Shown: positions 1 through 5,967 of the stretch, piece after piece
How positions within the stretch are numbered: the stretch's first letter is position 1
Layout: the number at the start of each line of letters is the position of its first letter
NCBI GenBank assembly: GCA_030640395.1
Contig: DAOWJK010000011.1
Coordinates: forward strand, 1 to 38,390
Length of the DNA: 38,390 nt
Direction: 5' to 3'
From: Nanobdellota archaeon
Lineage (GTDB): Archaea > Nanobdellota > Nanobdellia > Pacearchaeales > GW2011-AR1
The notes under the pieces: model-generated
The model's database searches: none
The model's input: the letters and a program-made list of their open reading frames with translations, nothing else
Told to the model about the DNA's origin: nothing
Made by a program: the position numbers and the translations under genes

Positions 1-443
1 TGGATATAAAAGTTTTCTTCTTGTTCTCTAAGATCTGAACCACTTAGATTAACAAATTTCCCAAGACTAATTTCTTTAGTCTGATTATCAAAGAGGACTT
101 TAACCATAGAATCAGCAGGATAGAACTCTCCTTCTGCATATTGTAGTATAAGTTTTCCATTAATCTCTTCGTTAATACTAAAAAATTCCTTATCTGGAGT
201 TAATCCTACTCTACCAGTGATTTGTTGAGGAAAAAAATATAATAATGTTATTATACCACAAATAAGGAGAAAAAATATTACTGGTATTATCTTTGATCTT
301 ATCTTGCTGTCTCTTGTTTCTTCTTCTGGCGGTTCTTTCCCTAGATATTTACTTACAACTCTGCCATCCTTATCTCTAAAACTCGTGTAAGAATAGGGAC
401 CATAAAATTTATCACCTATTTTTATATAACGTTTATAAGCCAT
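1..443 (-). CDS. hypothetical membrane-anchored protein, N-terminal part (ORF runs off the left edge)
   Basis: Not in the supplied track. Reverse-strand ATG at 443..441 opens a stop-free frame to position 1 (hand translated): MAYKRYIKIGDKFYGPYSYTSFRDKDGRVVSKYLGKEPPEEETRDSKIRSK, then a hydrophobic helix IIPVIFFLLICGIITLLYFF, then a hydrophilic part. Confidence 0.6.
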   Translation of the reverse strand, partial: MAYKRYIKIGDKFYGPYSYTSFRDKDGRVVSKYLGKEPPEEETRDSKIRSKIIPVIFFLLICGIITLLYFFPQQITGRVGLTPDKEFFSINEEINGKLILQYAEGEFYPADSMVKVLFDNQTKEISLGKFVNLSGSDLREQEENFYI

Positions 444-673
444 GTTTGGATTCTAGGCTCTTAACTTTATTCTTTTTTAGATTTTTTACACCCAAAACTT
501 GTAGCGTAAAAATTATTTTTCTAAAACCTTTTTTTATGATTTATGATGTACTGTAAAAGATACAAATAGCCTTTAAATATTTTTCATTTTTATCATGAAT
601 CCAATTTTAGAAAGCTAAAAGGCGACTCAATTCTTACTTAAATCTAAAAGTATTTAAAATAAGTTTCTTTTGA

Positions 674-1105
674 GTGATTATGGCAGAAAAACAAGAAAAA
701 GAAAAGTATAAAGAAATGCTTGATCAGCTTTATGAACATGTAAAGCAGGTTAAGATAACTGAAAGGTTTGAGATCCCAAAAGTCCAGGGATTTGTTGAAG
801 GTAATAAGACAATCATAACAAACTTTTCACAAATATGCTCAGCCTTAAGAAGAAAACCAGAACATTTAGGTAAGTTCTTGTCTAGAGAACTTGCAGTCCA
901 AACTACCATAGAAGCTGAAAGACTAATCTTCAACAGAAAATTAAGTTCAGGTATAATTAATGAAAAAATTCAGAAATATGTTAATGAGTTTGTGATATGT
1001 CCTGAATGCAAAAAGCCAGATACAGAGTTAATTAAAGAAGACAGGTTATCTTTTGTTAGGTGCCTGGCTTGCGGAGCAAAGCACTCAGTTAGAAGTAAAA
1101 TTTAA
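674..1105 (+). CDS. eif2b: translation initiation factor aIF2 subunit beta
   Basis: 143-aa ORF. Has RFEIPKV..GNKTIITNF..LRRKPEHLGKFLSRELA and a C-terminal zinc ribbon CPECKKPDTELIKEDRLSFVRCLACGA, typical of the aIF2-beta/eIF2-beta family. The track starts at GTG 674; ATG at 680 is equally plausible. Confidence 0.9.
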   Translation: MIMAEKQEKEKYKEMLDQLYEHVKQVKITERFEIPKVQGFVEGNKTIITNFSQICSALRRKPEHLGKFLSRELAVQTTIEAERLIFNRKLSSGIINEKIQKYVNEFVICPECKKPDTELIKEDRLSFVRCLACGAKHSVRSKI

Positions 1106-1191
1106 AATCCCAAACTTTATAAAACAAAATTCCCTTAGAGTTTTAAGAGATTCATTGAATCTATAATTAAATTGGAGGTAATAAAATAAAA

Positions 1192-1344
1192 ATGGCAACA
1201 AAAGGATATTGTGTAAAATGTAAGAAAATGGTTGAAATGAAGAACCCTGTAGAAAGCAAGACAAAAAGAGGCACAAAAATAGCAAAAGGAAAATGCCCCA
1301 ACTGCGGAACAACTGTTTGCAGAATGGGTGGAATAACAAAATAA
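1192..1344 (+). CDS. small zinc-ribbon protein (DUF5679-like)
   Basis: Missing from the track because it is under 60 aa. GGAGGT lies 10 nt upstream of the ATG. Hand translation: MATKGYCVKCKKMVEMKNPVESKTKRGTKIAKGKCPNCGTTVCRMGGITK. Two CxxC pairs; resembles the small CxxC..KNG/RG..CxxCG ribbon family as I recall it. Confidence 0.6.
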   Translation: MATKGYCVKCKKMVEMKNPVESKTKRGTKIAKGKCPNCGTTVCRMGGITK

Positions 1345-1401
1345 CTAAGTTTATTAACTAATTCTTTTTTTTATTTTCTATAAACTTTATAGAAGTTTTA
1401 T

Positions 1402-1585
1402 GCGATTTCCCTCGGAGGCTCTTAAAGAAATCGCTTCACGGAACAGGAAGGGAAGGAGTGTGCGAGCGATTTCGAGGCTCAACAAAGTTGAGTCATCCCA
1501 GTGGGATGGTAGGAAGTAAAATTTAAAATCAATAACCCGTGCGAAGTCGGGAGTTTGGGAAACCGCTTAGGTTTCTTTCATTTTT
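1402..1585 (+). ncRNA. structured GC-rich RNA / 5-prime leader candidate, copy A (paralog of 29474..29643)
   Basis: GC-rich island in AT-rich DNA. Shares blocks with copy B: TGCGATTTCC..CTCGGAGG, TTAAAGAAATCGC..CAC..GAACA..AAGGGAA, GAGCGATTTCG.GG, AATAACCCGTGCGAAGTC, GGGAGTTT. Hairpins: GGCTCAAC/GTTGAGTC (1476-1494), ATCCC/GGGAT (1495-1507), CCCG/CGGG (1536-1551). The terminal AAACC-GCTTA-GGTTT hairpin (1560-1574) is followed by CTTTCATTTTT. A TATA-like CTATAAAC lies about 25 nt upstream of 1402. Ends 1 nt before the ATG of the next ORF. Confidence 0.55.
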
Positions 1586-1900
1586 ATGAACATAAAAATA
1601 CATAAAACATACAGAAATGTAGTTGCTATTTGTGATTCTGATTTAATCGGGAAAAAATTTGTGTCGCAAGAACGCACAGATTTAGGAAACTTTCAGTTGG
1701 ATATTAAAGAATCTTTTTACAAGGGCGAGGAAAAAACAAAGCAGGAGATAATCTCAATAATGCGGAATATGTCAAGGGAAGATTCCACATTCAATATTGT
1801 CGGAGAAGAATCAGTAAATTGTGCCTTAGAAGCAGGAATTATTTCTAAAGACGGAATTAAAAAAATTCAGGGAGTTGTGTTTGCTTTAGTTCTCATGTAA
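1586..1900 (+). CDS. DUF424 family protein
   Basis: 104 aa. The pattern IKIHKTY..VVAICDSDLIGKKF...L.I.ESFYKGEE....NIVGEESV..ALEAGII....I..IQGV matches the archaeal DUF424 family as I recall it. Confidence 0.6.
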   Translation: MNIKIHKTYRNVVAICDSDLIGKKFVSQERTDLGNFQLDIKESFYKGEEKTKQEIISIMRNMSREDSTFNIVGEESVNCALEAGIISKDGIKKIQGVVFALVLM

Positions 1901-1947
1901 GTGAGAACTAGTGAAAATCTTTGATTTGCTCTGGTTTTGATGTGAAA

Positions 1948-2250
1948 TTAAAAAGAACCTCTTTCAGTATTTATTTGTAAGAAAGTTTTATGTAACTCAT
2001 CTGCAATAAAAGAATCCAATGTAAAAGCAGGACATTTTTTTGCGTCTTTAGCAGAATATTCTATTTCTCCTGTTCCTGCAATAAAAGACGATCTCTCTAC
2101 CGCCAGACAAGAACTCTCTTCAGGATCTCTAATATATCTTAAGATACAATAAGAATCTTTTAATTCAGTACCACGGAGACAAGCACAATATTCATTTCCC
2201 ATATAAATTTGAAATAAGTAGAGAATATAAAGATTATTATAGTGAAACAT
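1948..2250 (-). CDS. hypothetical Cys-containing protein (start uncertain; internal Met at MGNEYCACL plausible)
   Basis: ORF only; fills the gap between flanking genes. No recognisable motif. Confidence 0.3.
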   Translation of the reverse strand: MFHYNNLYILYLFQIYMGNEYCACLRGTELKDSYCILRYIRDPEESSCLAVERSSFIAGTGEIEYSAKDAKKCPAFTLDSFIADELHKTFLQINTERGSF

Positions 2251-2295
2251 ATATTTTCTCCAAAACTTTATAAAACAATTTCATCTTAAACAAAT

Positions 2296-2622
2296 ATGGG
2301 TTATTATAATAAAAACCAAAATCAGGAAGAGCCGAAAATTATACGGGCGCCGCTTCCAAAGGGCAGGGAAGTTATTGGAATAATTGAACAGCGGCTTGGG
2401 GGAAACAAGATGATGGTTAATTGTCTTGACGGCAAACAGCGAAACTGCAGGGTTCCCGGAAGATTGAAAAGAAGACTCTGGCTCCGTCCTGAAGATATTG
2501 TAATTGTAGAGCCATGGGAGCTTGACGACACAAAAGCCGACATACTTCTCAAATACCGCTCAAATCAAATAGCATGGCTGAAAAAAAATAACTATTTGAA
2601 AACAGAAAAAGAGGAGTTTTGA
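2296..2622 (+). CDS. eif1a: translation initiation factor aIF1A
   Basis: 108 aa. S1/OB-like core GIIEQRLGGNKMMVNCLDGKQRNCRVPGRLKRRLWLRPEDIVIVEPWE is the classic eIF1A/aIF1A signature. Confidence 0.9.
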   Translation: MGYYNKNQNQEEPKIIRAPLPKGREVIGIIEQRLGGNKMMVNCLDGKQRNCRVPGRLKRRLWLRPEDIVIVEPWELDDTKADILLKYRSNQIAWLKKNNYLKTEKEEF

Positions 2623-2675
2623 AATATATTTTAAAGAACACAAATAAATAAAAAAGCTTCCAGAGTAAAATAATT

Positions 2676-2939
2676 ATGGAATCTGATGAAAAATCAAGAT
2701 TGGTTAATCAAATAAAAGAAGATGCAAAAACTTCTTTGAGACATATGTCTGATAAAAGACAAGACTTTTATAGTAGAGTTATTGGAAAAATAGAAAGTTT
2801 TGAAACAAAGACATCAGAACATGAAGGGACTAGATTAAAATTAAGAGCCTTGCAAAAAGAGATTATGCATAGCATAGACGATTTAAGGGAATATTGGGAT
2901 AGTAAAGATGTTACTTCTTATCTTAATGCATTAAAATAA
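2676..2939 (+). CDS. hypothetical protein
   Basis: 87-aa charged, probably helical ORF in an otherwise empty interval. No motif recognised. Confidence 0.35.
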   Translation: MESDEKSRLVNQIKEDAKTSLRHMSDKRQDFYSRVIGKIESFETKTSEHEGTRLKLRALQKEIMHSIDDLREYWDSKDVTSYLNALK

Positions 2940-2977
2940 ATCAAAAACCTTAAAACCTTTTCTATACTCAATCATAT

Positions 2978-3478
2978 ATGAAAAAAATCCTTTGTGAAAA
3001 ACTTCCAAGAATAATAAAAAACAAAAAGCAACTTGAAAAGCTTTTAAATGTGAAAATAAAAAACAGAGGCAAAGAAGTTTCTATTGAGGGAAAGCCAGAA
3101 GATGAATACACTGCGGAAAAAGTAATTGATGCTTTGAATTTTGGATTTGCTTTTTCCAGTGCAATCCAGATAAAAGAACAAGACTGCACTTTTGAAATTC
3201 TAAACATAAAAGACCACACAAAAAGAAAAGACCTTGAAACAGTCAGGGCAAGAATAATCGGAACAAAAGGAAAAACCCTGCAAACCCTGCATCAATTAAC
3301 AAAGTGTTATTTTGAATTAAAAGACAACTTCGTGGGAATTATCGGCGAACCAGAATGCATCAAAAATGCACAAGACGCAATTATTTTAATAATTAAAGGT
3401 TCAAAGCAATCAAATGTTTACAATCTCTTAGAAAGACATCAGGTGAAAGAACCTGTTGATTTGGGGTTAAGAAAGTAA
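2978..3478 (+). CDS. KH-domain RNA-binding protein (Krr1/Pno1-like RNA-processing protein)
   Basis: 166 aa. KH GxxG-type motif in ARIIGTKGKTLQTLHQLT, with a second KH-like half upstream. The position next to translation factor genes is typical. Confidence 0.65.
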   Translation: MKKILCEKLPRIIKNKKQLEKLLNVKIKNRGKEVSIEGKPEDEYTAEKVIDALNFGFAFSSAIQIKEQDCTFEILNIKDHTKRKDLETVRARIIGTKGKTLQTLHQLTKCYFELKDNFVGIIGEPECIKNAQDAIILIIKGSKQSNVYNLLERHQVKEPVDLGLRK

Positions 3479-3498
3479 AGTTCTCGTCCAAATTAAAA

Positions 3499-3571
3499 CG
3501 TCTCGGGAAGGACTCGAACCTTCGACCTATCGGTTAACAGCCGATCGCTCTACCAACTGAGCCACCGAGAC
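3499..3571 (-). tRNA. tRNA-Asn: tRNA-Asn (anticodon GTT)
   Basis: Hand-folded 73-nt cloverleaf on the reverse strand. Acceptor GTCTCGG/CCGAGAC, D arm GCTC..GAGC, anticodon stem ATCGG/CCGAT with loop CTGTTAA, T arm GAAGG-TTCGAGT-CCTTC. No encoded CCA, no intron. Confidence 0.9.
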
Positions 3572-3668
3572 CTAAAACAATTAAAAGATTTTTACTTTTA
3601 AAGTTTGCTAATCAAAATCTTCCCCCTCTCTCCACTAATTTTATAAACATCTTTCTCTTTCTCTAATC

Positions 3669-4223
3669 ATGAATTTAAACAAGGCAATTCAAAACAGGCA
3701 CAGCGTCAGAAGATTCACTTCTAAAAAACCAGACTGGCGGGATATTATTGAATGCATTGATTCTGCAAGATATGCCCCAATGGCAGGAAACATATTCAGC
3801 TTGAAATTCATCGTTGTCAGCGACAGGGAAAAAATCCAAAAACTCGCAGACGCAGCACAACAGCATTTTATTGCCCAGGCACACTATGTTGTTGTCGTGT
3901 GCACAAATCCTTCAAGGACAATTAACTCTTATGAAGAAAGAGGGGGGAAATTCTGCAGGCAGCAAGCAGGCGCAGCAATCCAAAATTTTCTTTTAAAAAT
4001 TCAGGAAGCAAAACTCGCAACCTGCTGGATAGGGCATTTTATTGAAGAACAAGTAAAAGAAGCTTTGCAAATTCCAGAAGACATCCAGGTTGAAGCAATA
4101 TTCCCAATAGGACATGAACTTGGAAAAACAGAAAAAAGAAGAAAAATAGATTTTAACCAAATTCTTTATTTTGACAAATATGGAAATAAGAAGATGAAAA
4201 ATCCAAGGAAGCTGGATGTTTAA
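3669..4223 (+). CDS. nitroreductase family protein
   Basis: 184 aa. N-terminal AIQNRHSVRRFTSK plus AP.AGN and QNFLL..A..GL..CWIG motifs are typical of the NAD(P)H nitroreductase fold. Confidence 0.75.
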   Translation: MNLNKAIQNRHSVRRFTSKKPDWRDIIECIDSARYAPMAGNIFSLKFIVVSDREKIQKLADAAQQHFIAQAHYVVVVCTNPSRTINSYEERGGKFCRQQAGAAIQNFLLKIQEAKLATCWIGHFIEEQVKEALQIPEDIQVEAIFPIGHELGKTEKRRKIDFNQILYFDKYGNKKMKNPRKLDV

Positions 4224-4257
4224 GCTTTGTGGATAAAATATCTTCTGTGTAAAAAGT

Positions 4258-4584
4258 CTAAATAAACTTAATATCTTTTTTACCAAGCAAAAAAACTTCG
4301 CAGAACATTACTTTCCCATTAATCACTTCTTTCTCACTTAATAATTTCTTTATTTTTTTAGAAGGAATAGCCTTCTCCCATGAACAATGATTAGAATTAA
4401 GATAATACTTACAATGATTACATAAACCATCAGGATATTTTTCTTTTAAAGCTTCTTTTGTTATTTTTTCTGAATCTCTTTGAAATTTTAAATCATATTT
4501 TTCAGATTTCCTAAGTTCTCTATATTGTTTTGCACCTTCTTTTAATTTTGGAATAGTTTGTTCTTGTAGGTAAGTTTTAACCAT
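4258..4584 (-). CDS. hypothetical protein with Cys cluster (CNHCKYYLNSNHC)
   Basis: 108-aa ORF with GGAGGTG just upstream of the start on the reverse strand. No family recognised. Confidence 0.4.
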   Translation of the reverse strand: MVKTYLQEQTIPKLKEGAKQYRELRKSEKYDLKFQRDSEKITKEALKEKYPDGLCNHCKYYLNSNHCSWEKAIPSKKIKKLLSEKEVINGKVMFCEVFLLGKKDIKFI

Positions 4585-4681
4585 TTTTATTCACCTCCAT
4601 TTAAAGAATAATACTCCAAGTTATTTAAACATTCCTAAAAAAAACAAAACCCTGAGTTTCCTCAGGGCATTAATAAAAAAA

Positions 4682-5761
4682 CTATCTTATAAATTCTATG
4701 CCTAAATCAGATATTTCCTTTGCCATAGGAAGTGATTGCTCTTCAGCAGTTCTTCCCAGGACATAAGGTGACTTGACTCCTGTCATGATAGTTATCACCC
4801 GCACTTTGCCGACAAAGTCCTTGCTGATTCTCGCACCAATAATAACCTGCGCCTCAGGACTCAGGTTCTCAGAAACCACTCGCCCAATCAAATCAAATTC
4901 CTCAAGCTTCAGGTCCTGACCGCATGTCACATGTATCAAAGCTCCGGTAGCACCCTGATAATCCACATCAAGTAGAGGATGAGTCAAGGCTTGCTTTACA
5001 GCTTCTGTTACACGACCTTCAGTATCTGATTCACCAATTCCAATCACAGCAACACCACCACCTTTCATAATAGCCGAAACATCTGCGTAGTCCAGATTAA
5101 TCAAACTCGGTAAAGTAATTGTCTCAACAATTCCCTTAATCATTGTGCTGGTTAATTCATTGGCAACAGCAAACGCCTGTTCAATAGGCAACTGCCCGGC
5201 AATATCAACAAGCCTGTTATTATCAAGAACTATGCACGTGTCTGTCACGTCTCTCAGTTCCTGCAAACCAAACTCTGCCTTGTCAATTCTCGCTTTCTCT
5301 GCTTCAAACGGCATTGTCACAACAGCAATCACAACTGCGCCAGTCTCTTTTGCCAACTGCGCAATTACCGGCGCTGCACCAGTACCGGTTCCACCACCCA
5401 TACCAGCGACGACAAATACCATGTCTGCCTGTCCAACAGCTTTCTTAATATCCACAATCGCTTCTTTAGCTGCTTCTCTTCCTCTTCTGGCATCTCCGCC
5501 TGCACCCAAGCCTCTTGTCAATTCCTTGCCAATAAGAAGTTTCTCATCAGACTTTGTAACACTTAAATGAAGCGCGTCAGTATTTGCTGCATAAATTGTT
5601 GCTCCACTAACACCTTTGTTGAAAAGCCATGTTACCATATTTGAGCCGCATCCTCCAACACCAAGAACCTTTATGTTCGCCTTCCCTGCTCTTAACTCAT
5701 CAAAATTAATGCTGTGCGAATTTGTATTGTCGATTGCTTCTTTTGCAAAATCTAACACCAT
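4682..5761 (-). CDS. ftsZ: cell division protein FtsZ
   Basis: 359 aa. Tubulin signature GGGTGTGAAPVIA, GVGGCGSN and NTD..L motifs. AAGGAGGT lies upstream of the ATG. Confidence 0.95.
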   Translation of the reverse strand: MVLDFAKEAIDNTNSHSINFDELRAGKANIKVLGVGGCGSNMVTWLFNKGVSGATIYAANTDALHLSVTKSDEKLLIGKELTRGLGAGGDARRGREAAKEAIVDIKKAVGQADMVFVVAGMGGGTGTGAAPVIAQLAKETGAVVIAVVTMPFEAEKARIDKAEFGLQELRDVTDTCIVLDNNRLVDIAGQLPIEQAFAVANELTSTMIKGIVETITLPSLINLDYADVSAIMKGGGVAVIGIGESDTEGRVTEAVKQALTHPLLDVDYQGATGALIHVTCGQDLKLEEFDLIGRVVSENLSPEAQVIIGARISKDFVGKVRVITIMTGVKSPYVLGRTAEEQSLPMAKEISDLGIEFIR

Positions 5762-5790
5762 ATTTTTTTTTACCTCCTTGTAATTTTATG

Positions 5791-5811
5791 AAACTTTTCT
5801 ACGAAAAGTTT
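5791..5811. promoter_or_regulatory. perfect 9-bp inverted repeat between a TATA-like box and the ftsZ ribosome-binding site
   Basis: AAACTTTTC-TAC-GAAAAGTTT at 5791-5811. In ftsZ sense it directly follows CTATTTAAAC and precedes AAGGAGGT. Confidence 0.35.
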
Positions 5812-5967
5812 AAATAGTTGACAAACTTCCAACTATTATTAAAAGAAAAAGAGGAAGAAATCACCTCTGCATACAGAAATATTAATTAAACCGCCAAGTT
5901 AAAATTAATATAATAAAAAATTAAGAATTCTCTTATTTAAATATATTTTGGTGATAAAACACAATAA

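Noticed and set aside
1085-1339. 84-aa minus-strand ORF
   Set aside because: Overlaps the SD-preceded zinc-ribbon ORF at 1192-1344 on the + strand. Its translation is Leu/Phe-rich low complexity.
1531-1574. RNase P-like P4 resemblance: GCGAAGUCGGG could pair with CCGCUU leaving a bulged U, and GGGAAACCGCUUA echoes the CR-V region
   Set aside because: The two strands are only about 15 nt apart, with no specificity or catalytic domain between them. Copy B breaks the pairing (AAGUCCC). Two paralogs abutting start codons do not fit RNase P RNA. The AAACC/GGUUU local hairpin is the simpler fold.
1402-1585. Split tRNA halves, C/D box or H/ACA sRNA as the identity of the GC-rich RNA loci
   Set aside because: No T-arm (GGTTCGAATCC-like), no anticodon-arm geometry, no RUGAUGA/CUGA box pairs at the ends, and no ACA box at the right spacing.
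5145-5570. 141-aa + strand ORF inside ftsZ
   Set aside because: Antisense to an unambiguous FtsZ gene. Its low-complexity Ala/Ser/Pro/Thr translation is typical of the reverse frame of a Gly/Ala-rich gene.
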